A stretch of 25,615 nucleotides of DNA from positions 1-25,615 of the IMG/VR virus record IMGVR_UViG_3300043103_000174. One strand, given 5' to 3'. Positions within the stretch are counted from its first letter, which is position 1. Every line of letters starts with the position of its first letter. The notes under the pieces were generated by a model, which was not told the DNA's origin, did not search any database, and saw nothing but the letters and a program-made list of their open reading frames with translations. The position numbers were made by a program, and so were the translations under genes. Positions 7,417 through 15,036 of this stretch are shown here, piece by piece. The stretch is from a virus (Duplodnaviria; Caudoviricetes).

Positions 7417-9482
7417 TATTTTTTAGTTTTAACTTTTATTGTTTGTGCTTTCCAAATGTGTCGACACCAAGGGGTTGTTTCATTAGTGTTTGGATTAGTA
7501 TAGTACCCACCTCTAAAGTCCCAAGCATTCATTCCAAACTCATTACTCATGCTATCAATGTCTTCAAACTCCCAAAATTTAGTTTGACTTTCAGATAATA
7601 ATTCTTTGCAATATTGTCTTGACTCACCTAATAAAGCGGGTGCGTCTGGCTTAGTTTTGTATTTATAAATTGTTTTGATTTCGGTTACATATTCGTCAAT
7701 CGGATTAGTTACCTTTTCAATTCCTTTAGTAGTAGCTTCGTAACCTCTCGCATTAGTTTCAATTAATCCCTTTTCATTTAACCTTGCTAAACTTTCAGTA
7801 ACATCCACTTTTAGTAAAGCGTTTAACTGTTCAACTGTTAGTGTAGGATTGCCTTGTATTGCATTTAAAACAGCATCGTCTAATTCTGTTATGCTAATAC
7901 TTAAAGTGTCAGCAAAATACATTTTGTGAGCTTTTAACTCTAACTTCAAAGCATCCTGTGAATTATGAATGTGTGCGTCATGTTCAAATAATAACTCAAA
8001 CTCTTGATAGTCTGCTTTTGCTAAACTTTTAAACTTTGCTAAAATAGTATTTGTTTGTTCAGCCATTTTAACTTGACTTTCAACAACCGCATCATTCTCA
8101 TTTAAGAATGTTAAAGCGTCTGCTTCTGTTAATCCAAAAGCACTAACCATTAACGCTAAGGCACTTTCTTTGCTTATTTTACCAGCATCAAATTTAGATA
8201 CTATTCTCATTAAGCCTTGAAATTGTCTGCCTGTTAAATTGGTTAAAGTTGAATTAACTGCACCCTCTTTTATTTCAATTCCGTTAGCGTCTATTTTAAC
8301 CGCCGTTAATGGCTCATATCCTTTTAACTTTCTACGCTCATCTTGTGTTAAATCAGCATCGTTAGTTAGATCGTAACCGATTGCATCTAACTGTTCAATT
8401 TCTAAGTCAATATATATTCCTGTTACTGAATAACAAATGTTTTCAATGAATGTTATAAAAGTATCTTGACGTGGCTTAGTGTATGTATTTAAAAATAATT
8501 CGTGTGATTCTTTAATTGAAACACGATTACCTAAAGCACTGCCCTCTTGTTTGATACCAAATAATTCGGGGTTAGTTATATTGTGTCCTGTTACTATTTT
8601 TTGTTGGTAACGCTTAGATATAAATTCAAATTTCTTATCTAAGTCGTCAACGTTCAACGCTTGTATTTGTGCAGCTTGACCGCCTTTATCCGCAAAGTTA
8701 ATTACTACTTCGCCAGCATTATCGGGTGAACATAAACCTTGCTCAAATCTATCTTTTATTTGTCGCTTAACTTCTGGGGACTGTTCGCCATTAAAGAAAG
8801 TAACCATCGTTCCTGCTGAGAATCCTTTTTTAACATAGCTATCATTAAATGTAGTAATATCAATATCAGATTTGATTTCAGATAAGCAACCGTTATAAGG
8901 CACTTTTGTATAAATAGAATCTAACTTACTTTTGCTCGGTTGGTAATATTTAAACGTTGTAAAGAATGTACCTACTTCGCCTTTATTATATAAATCAAAT
9001 ATTTTAAAATCGGATGGTTTTTTAATCCAATCTTCGTTAAAATAAAGTTTAGTTTTACATTCTGATAAACGACACTTAGCATATTGCAATTGAAAAAACT
9101 CTTTTGGATTGCCACTCATATCAGTTATGATTTGCAAGTAAAAGCTATTAAACAATTCACAATCTAATGCTAACTTTTTACCTAAGTCGTTCCATGTTTC
9201 ATAACGATTAGCGTTATCTAAAAATTGATTAGCCACTAACTCTTGTTCAGGATTAACCGCCTTTAAACCTTTACCAAATAAGTAACGAGCCTTTGCGTTT
9301 ACAATTGCACCATGTTCGGCGTGCTCTTCAAAATAACGAATTAACTCATTTGGAAAATCATTTTTTTTACCGTACTTAATATAATCATAAGACCAATCCT
9401 TTTTTATTTCGGGACGTTTCTCTTCAGCAAATGTTACAAATGCCAAATTGTTACTAACTACTTCTATACTATTTTTAGCCAT
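7416..9482 (-). CDS. portal protein with extended C-terminus (688 aa)
   Basis: YG..NDFP..L...H.AI..K...G.G N-terminus, GFSAG, G..NAG, I..GH....LFGI portal motifs; about 300 extra C-terminal residues ending in GG...CRHIW. Confidence 0.85.
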   Translation of the reverse strand: MAKNSIEVVSNNLAFVTFAEEKRPEIKKDWSYDYIKYGKKNDFPNELIRYFEEHAEHGAIVNAKARYLFGKGLKAVNPEQELVANQFLDNANRYETWNDLGKKLALDCELFNSFYLQIITDMSGNPKEFFQLQYAKCRLSECKTKLYFNEDWIKKPSDFKIFDLYNKGEVGTFFTTFKYYQPSKSKLDSIYTKVPYNGCLSEIKSDIDITTFNDSYVKKGFSAGTMVTFFNGEQSPEVKRQIKDRFEQGLCSPDNAGEVVINFADKGGQAAQIQALNVDDLDKKFEFISKRYQQKIVTGHNITNPELFGIKQEGSALGNRVSIKESHELFLNTYTKPRQDTFITFIENICYSVTGIYIDLEIEQLDAIGYDLTNDADLTQDERRKLKGYEPLTAVKIDANGIEIKEGAVNSTLTNLTGRQFQGLMRIVSKFDAGKISKESALALMVSAFGLTEADALTFLNENDAVVESQVKMAEQTNTILAKFKSLAKADYQEFELLFEHDAHIHNSQDALKLELKAHKMYFADTLSISITELDDAVLNAIQGNPTLTVEQLNALLKVDVTESLARLNEKGLIETNARGYEATTKGIEKVTNPIDEYVTEIKTIYKYKTKPDAPALLGESRQYCKELLSESQTKFWEFEDIDSMSNEFGMNAWDFRGGYYTNPNTNETTPWCRHIWKAQTIKVKTKK

Positions 9483-9867
9483 TAAATTCTTTATATGTTA
9501 TTTGTTCGCCTGTAAATTTATTTAAATTAGTTTCAATTCCTTTAACCTCAACTTTTCCATTCTCAACTAATCCACTTGCATTTGCTACAACTAAGTTAGT
9601 AGTGCTTGCTTGTTGGTAAATGTTATATTTCCAATCTCCAACTGTTAAACTCACACGCCCTGTCAATGGCACTTCTGTTGCCGTTTCAATTATGTTAAAT
9701 AAGTTAAAACGTTCCTTATTAATAGAGAAGTCTTGACAAATAAATACCTTAGTTTGCTTTGTTGAATCATTTGTAAATTCAAATAAATAAGTAGGACTTG
9801 TTATTGAAGTTTTTTCACTTAGCGTTAAAACAACTTCGTTACTACTATTTTTGTTTATTAAAATCAT
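9475..9867 (-). CDS. conserved-looking virion structural protein, beta-rich (130 aa)
   Basis: First gene after a late-promoter motif; overlaps the portal start. Confidence 0.7.
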   Translation of the reverse strand: MILINKNSSNEVVLTLSEKTSITSPTYLFEFTNDSTKQTKVFICQDFSINKERFNLFNIIETATEVPLTGRVSLTVGDWKYNIYQQASTTNLVVANASGLVENGKVEVKGIETNLNKFTGEQITYKEFNG

Positions 9868-9871
9868 TATA

Positions 9872-9900
9872 TTAAAGTAATATAAAAGTAAAAAAGGGAC
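9872..9900 (-). promoter_or_regulatory. putative phage-sigma late promoter, copy 3 (GTCCCTT-N14-TACTTTAA)
   Basis: Both boxes identical to the copies at 12326-12355 and 20161-20189; just downstream of a terminator and 4 nt before the ATG at 9867. Confidence 0.75.
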
Positions 9901-9911
9901 TTGATTAAAAT

Positions 9912-9936
9912 AAAAAAGTAGCCTTACGGGGCTACT
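9912..9936 (-). terminator. intrinsic terminator after the major tail gene
   Basis: - strand AGTAGCC-ccgtaa-GGCTACT followed by a T run. Confidence 0.85.
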
Positions 9937-9962
9937 CTTTAAACAAATAATCTATTAAAAGA

Positions 9963-10481
9963 TTAAGTTAATAATGCAGTAATAATAGTTGGTGATACAG
10001 AAGCAACGCGAGTGAATGCACGTCCTTTAAACGCTAATTTATTCCCTCTAAAGTCTCCGATTGCAGTTCCTGACTCTAATCCATCAGTCGCTAAATCCAT
10101 TCCGAAGTCTTCGCCTAAATACCAATAAGTACCGTCGTTGTCTTCAGCAATCATAACTACTGTATTGCAAATCAATAAATCTAATTCAGTTTGAGAAACT
10201 TGATCTAAACCTAACATTTCAATATTAGCTTCAACATCATAAGCAACTGTACCTACTTTCGCATCTCCAGTTCCTGTTTGTTTCCACATTGCAACTTCAG
10301 CTTTTTGCTTGTATCTAAAGAATTTTTTACCTACCGCCTTAGTGATAGTTGTAATAACTCCAGCAGTCTTAGTAATAGAAGTAACACCGTCAAACTCAGC
10401 AATTAAGAATGATTTAGTACCTCCACTTGTTTTACATACTTTCGGTGTATGTCCCTGTGTTAATGAGCATGGGGTTGGCAT
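9963..10481 (-). CDS. major tail (tube) protein
   Basis: C.L..G....C....GG N-terminus, ED.DG.YW.LG..FG...SGTA.GD..G..L.F pattern of Bacteroidota siphophage tail tubes; flanked by hairpins; follows the capsid gene. Confidence 0.75.
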   Translation of the reverse strand: MPTPCSLTQGHTPKVCKTSGGTKSFLIAEFDGVTSITKTAGVITTITKAVGKKFFRYKQKAEVAMWKQTGTGDAKVGTVAYDVEANIEMLGLDQVSQTELDLLICNTVVMIAEDNDGTYWYLGEDFGMDLATDGLESGTAIGDFRGNKLAFKGRAFTRVASVSPTIITALLT

Positions 10482-10508
10482 ATTTTTATTTTTTTAATTG
10501 TTTATAAT

Positions 10509-10542
10509 AAGGCGGATTAAATTAATAACCCGCCCTTTTTTT
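10509..10542. terminator. stem-loop between capsid and major tail genes (weak terminator or stabiliser on -, T7 tail on +)
   Basis: - strand GGCGGGTTA-ttaatt-TAATCCGCC followed by TTATTAT; + strand stem followed by TTTTTTT. Confidence 0.65.
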
Positions 10543-10546
10543 AATA

Positions 10547-11566
10547 CTAAGATCCGCAGTATAAAACGTTAAACGCTTGGTTAGCTACATAAGGAGCTAT
10601 TGTACCAATGTGTTTGATAAACATTAAATCCTGATTTAAAGCAACCTTGTTGATTTCAACTTTATTAATGTCAGAAGTTAAATCAGTACACCAGAATAAA
10701 TGCTCTTTTGGTGCTGCAATCATTACGTTAGCTGGTAATGGAACGAATACAATTTTAACATCGTTATAGAAATACTCACCGTTAGTTACAACAAAAGCAT
10801 TTTTAAAGTTAGTAGTAATGTTGTTATTACTGTTAATAAATTGCTTGTTAACATGTGGCATGTAAATAACTGGCTGAGTTGCAGAAGCTAATACAGCAGC
10901 AGGGATAGCAGTGTAAACTTTCTCAGTTTCAGTTTGGATGTTAGCAGCAGTTACAACAACACCGTCAACTTTAACACGTGTACCAACTCCAGCAGTTAAT
11001 GAAGAGTTGAATGCGTTGTACATCATTAAAGAAACAACACCGTTAAATTGACCAGCAGTTAATGCAGCAGCAACAGTTTTTTCGTCAGCACCAATAGATG
11101 TGTTAGCAGTTCCAGCAGTTAAAGCAGCAATTGCAGTTTGTTGACCTGAAGTGATACCAGACCAATATTGAAATTCAGCATCGTAAGAAATTTTATCAGC
11201 ATACATTCCACCGATAACTACTCTTTCAAATTCAGAACTTAATACTTCCCAAGCTCCTGGCTTCATGTCTCTCTTGAAACGAGATGGACGCAAAGTGTTA
11301 GGATCAAATGTTTGGTAATACATGTATTTAGTAGGAGTGATTGCTACATCAAAGTTAGTTAAAGTTCCACTTGATGTTGGAGCGCCTGAAGTATAGGCTT
11401 GCATTGCTACTGAAGTTGAACCTTCTGTAAAAATTACTTCGTTTTTAACTTCTTCTTCAAAGGTTACATAACCTTCAGAAATTGTTTTGTTTTGGAAAAG
11501 GATTTCAGCGATTACGTTTTCTGACGCTTTACCTCTAATGTCGATAATGTTATAAGCTATTGCCAT
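10547..11566 (-). CDS. major capsid protein (HK97 fold expected)
   Basis: 339 aa; follows protease and scaffold; W.G...F.G, L...TDL.SD...V pattern; strongly biased codons (many GCT/ACT); 3' hairpin. Confidence 0.8.
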   Translation of the reverse strand: MAIAYNIIDIRGKASENVIAEILFQNKTISEGYVTFEEEVKNEVIFTEGSTSVAMQAYTSGAPTSSGTLTNFDVAITPTKYMYYQTFDPNTLRPSRFKRDMKPGAWEVLSSEFERVVIGGMYADKISYDAEFQYWSGITSGQQTAIAALTAGTANTSIGADEKTVAAALTAGQFNGVVSLMMYNAFNSSLTAGVGTRVKVDGVVVTAANIQTETEKVYTAIPAAVLASATQPVIYMPHVNKQFINSNNNITTNFKNAFVVTNGEYFYNDVKIVFVPLPANVMIAAPKEHLFWCTDLTSDINKVEINKVALNQDLMFIKHIGTIAPYVANQAFNVLYCGS

Positions 11567-11567
11567 T

Positions 11568-11753
11568 TTATTTTGTTTTTTTAGTTGTTTTTATATTTGT
11601 TGTTTCTTGTTTAAAATTTTCAAAGTCTGATTCTTTAACTGTACCTTTTGCTAATAGATGTAAGGCTAATTCATCCGTTAAATTATCATTATTGATTTTG
11701 GAGTTTGATGAATATACTACTTCAAAACCTTCTTTAAATTTATAAGTACCCAT
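11568..11753 (-). CDS. small head-module protein (61 aa)
   Basis: Fills the gap between scaffold and capsid with 1-5 nt spacing; NDNLTDELA..LL motif; Lys-rich tail. Confidence 0.65.
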   Translation of the reverse strand: MGTYKFKEGFEVVYSSNSKINNDNLTDELALHLLAKGTVKESDFENFKQETTNIKTTKKTK

Positions 11754-11758
11754 TGTTT

Positions 11759-12316
11759 TTATTTACTTAATTTGTATTTTTGAAAAGCAGTCATGTTAGC
11801 AAATTCAACTTTAGCTTCAATTGGTTCAACTACTGGAGTTGAAACGATTGTGTTAACCGCTGATAAAGTCAATTTAACTGTTTCTTTTAATTCTGCTAAT
11901 TCGTTTTTTAAACTTGCAATTTCAGCCATCATTGTTGGCATCTCATCTTTCTTTTCAATAGTAGCTTCAATTGGTTCAATAGCTTCAACTTCCTTAGTAG
12001 CTATTTCAGCAATTGCACCATTCATTACAGAATAAGATGTGCCGTCTTCAGCAACGTATTCGCCGTCCATAGCTTCAACTTCTCCTTCTGGAGTAATTAA
12101 CTTTACAGGTGAACCGATAGCAATATCGCCATCAACAGATAATGAAGTACCGTCGTTTAATTTAACTTCAGTAGCCATTTTAACTTTTTCTTCAGTCGGA
12201 GCGATAGGCTCAACAACCTTTTCAACGGGCATGTCGCTAAGTTTAGCAAAATGCTCTTTTAGTTTTACCTTAATATCTTCAGGCAAAAGTTTGTTAATTG
12301 TTTCTTTGATATTCAT
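11759..12316 (-). CDS. capsid scaffolding protein (putative)
   Basis: Very acidic; L.DGT...DGEY..EDG...V.NG.I.EI motif; C-terminal coiled coil; lies between protease and capsid. Confidence 0.7.
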   Translation of the reverse strand: MNIKETINKLLPEDIKVKLKEHFAKLSDMPVEKVVEPIAPTEEKVKMATEVKLNDGTSLSVDGDIAIGSPVKLITPEGEVEAMDGEYVAEDGTSYSVMNGAIAEIATKEVEAIEPIEATIEKKDEMPTMMAEIASLKNELAELKETVKLTLSAVNTIVSTPVVEPIEAKVEFANMTAFQKYKLSK

Positions 12317-12325
12317 ATTTTTATT

Positions 12326-12355
12326 TTAAAGTATTAATACAATTAATTAAGGGAC
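12326..12355 (-). promoter_or_regulatory. putative phage-sigma late promoter, copy 2 (GTCCCTT-N15-TACTTTAA)
   Basis: Occupies the protease-scaffold gap; 9 nt before the scaffold ATG. Confidence 0.75.
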
Positions 12356-12362
12356 ACTTTAT

Positions 12363-12935
12363 TTAGTCTATAATTGACATTAGAGCGTTTATCTCATCGT
12401 CGCTTAATGTAGTAATAGGCTTAAGTTTAAATAGTGCTTCTAATGAGAAACCATTGAACTCGCCATTTTTAACTTGTTCCCAAACAGTTGGATTATTTAC
12501 TTTCATAGTTACAAACCATGTACCGTATGGTAACTCTTCAAATCCTTTAACTTTTTGCACTCTATTCTCATCCGTTATAAATGATTCAAAAATAAATACG
12601 TCGCTAACATTTGTTTCACTTTCGTGAGTTGCTTTAACGTTTAGGTTTCTGTTTTCTGAGTTAAACTTTTGAGACGCTTCATAAATAGTTTCTTTGTTAG
12701 CTACTACATAGAATGACTTACCATCCTCTTCTCTATAAATCATTTTATCGGGTATCATTACTGCACCTAATATGATTCGTTTCTCTTCGTCTTGGATAGC
12801 GAAGTTTAATTTTTGCTCTTCAAACTTTACGAATGAAGATTGATAGGCGGGACTTTCAACTAAGGCTATATCTTGTAAGCCATATTTAGTATTCCCGTTC
12901 TCGTCTAATTCTAATAAATACACTGGATAATTCAT
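12363..12935 (-). CDS. prohead serine protease, XkdF-like (Peptidase_S78_2)
   Basis: IALVESPA, EKRIILGAVMIPDK.IYR, H, GTWFVTMKV...W..VK.GEF.GFSLE motifs. Confidence 0.88.
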   Translation of the reverse strand: MNYPVYLLELDENGNTKYGLQDIALVESPAYQSSFVKFEEQKLNFAIQDEEKRIILGAVMIPDKMIYREEDGKSFYVVANKETIYEASQKFNSENRNLNVKATHESETNVSDVFIFESFITDENRVQKVKGFEELPYGTWFVTMKVNNPTVWEQVKNGEFNGFSLEALFKLKPITTLSDDEINALMSIID

Positions 12936-12938
12936 AAT

Positions 12939-14924
12939 TTAAAATGTTGCTTGGTTTTCTAATACATTAACTCTATTTGTTTTTGCGGTTATTTCGTCAA
13001 CTCCAACGGTTGCTACAACGTTTATTGTGTTATCATTTTTACTACCTATTCGTCTGCCATTCTCATCGAATTGTGTACCGTCAACGTTTGCGTTTTGATT
13101 GCTAATTGTTGGGGGACCTGGAATAGATGCGCCACCGCCACCACTTGGACTTCCACCAGCAGAAGGACCGCCACCGCCACCTTCAAATTTTGACGCCGCA
13201 ATCTTTGCTATGTTTGCTAATGAAGTAGTAACTGCAAAAGCTAATGAAGCAATACCAGCGGGATTAGGCACAGGGCCAATTGCAACGGGTGCTGATGCTA
13301 ATGAACTTGTAACTGCTTTATATCCGTCAATAACTGCTAATCCTAATTGTAAGGCTTTATTTACATTAAATTGTTTTTTAGCAAGTGCCAACTCTTCTGC
13401 ACTGCCTTTCTTTAATTTAGCAGACTTTATAGTAAAGAATATATCAGTTACATTTTGAACTGATTGTAAAGTTTGTTCTGCTATTTTTATTGCATTAGCT
13501 CGTGATTCCTCTCTTGATGCTTTTTCTTTTGCTTGATTTTCTACAAATAAATCATTTTCTTTTTTATAATAAGCCTCTAAAAACTCTTGATTTTTTTCAT
13601 CCTGTGCTAATTTATCCGCAGCTGCTTTGTCGTCAAGTGCTTTTTTATCGGCTGCTGCTTTATCATCAAGTGCTTTTTTATCCGCAATTGATTTTTCATT
13701 AATGGCATTTAATTGAAACGCTAATGTTTTTTCAGATTCAATTAATTGAGCATTTTTTAAATCTTTAGATATTTTAGATTTATTGATTTCCTCATCCCTA
13801 CGCTCTTTATCTTTTACAGCCCTTGCAAATTGTCTTTCCTCTTCATTTTTAATATTATTTATTTGAGCATCCTCTAATTGTTTTAAAGCTGCTAAATTAG
13901 CATCCCTTAATTTATTAGCATTTTCAATTGACTTAGCATTTGCATCGTCGTCAATTTTTTTAATAGTGTTTTGAAAACCTGCCCTATCATTCTTTAATTT
14001 ATCTAATGCTTTCTTTTGCTCTTCTAATGATTTGTCTCCATTTGCTTTTACCTCGTCAGGATCAAATACCATTTTAGATATGCTACCAAAGAATTTATCC
14101 TCTAATCCAAAATCTTTACCAACTGCACTACCGATAGCATCAATACCTTTTAATATTGCGGTTATTGGTAATGATACAAATTTTAATAATCCCTCTAATA
14201 TTTCTCTATTCCTTGCCGCTGCTTTTACTTGAGCTTCATTAGTAGCAATGCTATTTTGGATTTGAATTTCAGATGCTTTAATAGTCTCATCTGTTTGCTT
14301 AATTTTCATCTGTAAAATTTCTTTTTCAGACTTGCCTTGTTGCTTTAAAATGTTATCTTGACTACCTAACGCATCTTGTTTAGCCTTTTCAGTGTCTAAA
14401 TTTTGTTGCGATTGTTTATTTAGCTTTTCTTGTTCACTACTAACACCACTAACTAATCCTTTTAATTCATCCCAATAAGCTATTATTAATCCTAATGCAA
14501 CTAAGAAAGCACCGATACCCGTTGCAATCATAGCCTTTTGAACGCCACTTAATGAAGTCATTGCAGAACTTCCAAACTGCATTATTCCAGACTTCATTGA
14601 ATTTAAACCGATTTTTATTTTATCGATATCTAAATTCATTACACCCTCTTTTAATTGGCCAAATCCTTGCGTTAATTGTTCAACACCCGTACCTTTTAAA
14701 GAGTTTGTTGAATCACTTAAGTCGTCAACTTTATCTTTTAAATTAGCTACATTCTTTGACGCATCTTGAAACTGTTTAGAGTTAGTTCCAAACTGTTCAC
14801 CCATTTTGACTTGCTCATCACGAGCTTCCTTAATGGCATTCTTTAAATCCTTTATTGATGCAATTGACTTTTCAGCCCCTTGCACTTCGACTTGTACCCC
14901 AACCTTTTGTGTATTATCTGCCAT
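12939..14924 (-). CDS. tape measure protein (661 aa)
   Basis: Helical Ala/Lys/Gln-rich; ATGIGAFLVALG.IIAYWD hydrophobic segment; 11-aa repeats; Gly-rich linker near the C-terminus. Confidence 0.82.
   Translation of the reverse strand: MADNTQKVGVQVEVQGAEKSIASIKDLKNAIKEARDEQVKMGEQFGTNSKQFQDASKNVANLKDKVDDLSDSTNSLKGTGVEQLTQGFGQLKEGVMNLDIDKIKIGLNSMKSGIMQFGSSAMTSLSGVQKAMIATGIGAFLVALGLIIAYWDELKGLVSGVSSEQEKLNKQSQQNLDTEKAKQDALGSQDNILKQQGKSEKEILQMKIKQTDETIKASEIQIQNSIATNEAQVKAAARNREILEGLLKFVSLPITAILKGIDAIGSAVGKDFGLEDKFFGSISKMVFDPDEVKANGDKSLEEQKKALDKLKNDRAGFQNTIKKIDDDANAKSIENANKLRDANLAALKQLEDAQINNIKNEEERQFARAVKDKERRDEEINKSKISKDLKNAQLIESEKTLAFQLNAINEKSIADKKALDDKAAADKKALDDKAAADKLAQDEKNQEFLEAYYKKENDLFVENQAKEKASREESRANAIKIAEQTLQSVQNVTDIFFTIKSAKLKKGSAEELALAKKQFNVNKALQLGLAVIDGYKAVTSSLASAPVAIGPVPNPAGIASLAFAVTTSLANIAKIAASKFEGGGGGPSAGGSPSGGGGASIPGPPTISNQNANVDGTQFDENGRRIGSKNDNTINVVATVGVDEITAKTNRVNVLENQATF
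13611..13683 (-). repeat. tandem 33-nt (11-aa) repeat DKKALDDKAAA x2 in the tape measure
   Basis: Directly visible in the translation and the DNA. Confidence 0.8.
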
Positions 14925-15036
14925 TATTTAAGTCTTTAATTTTATTAATTAATTCAATATCGTTAGATTCATATATCTTAAATAAAAGATAAATAGATGC
15001 TAATCCTTGTTTTATTTTATCGTCAAATTCTATCAT
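14914..15036 (-). CDS. small protein (40 aa, MIEFDDKIKQGLASIYLLFKIYESNDIELINKIKDLNNGR), not in the ORF track
   Basis: Manual translation; ATGA overlap with the 911-aa gene stop and 11-nt overlap with the tape measure start. Confidence 0.65.
   Translation of the reverse strand: MIEFDDKIKQGLASIYLLFKIYESNDIELINKIKDLNNGR

Noticed and set aside
11793-12329. + strand ORFs 11793..12035 and 12039..12329
   Set aside because: Ser/Ile/Thr-rich antisense shadows of the scaffold gene
13099-13458. Pro-rich + strand ORF (119 aa)
   Set aside because: Mirror of the Gly/Ala-rich tape measure C-terminus; no expression signals
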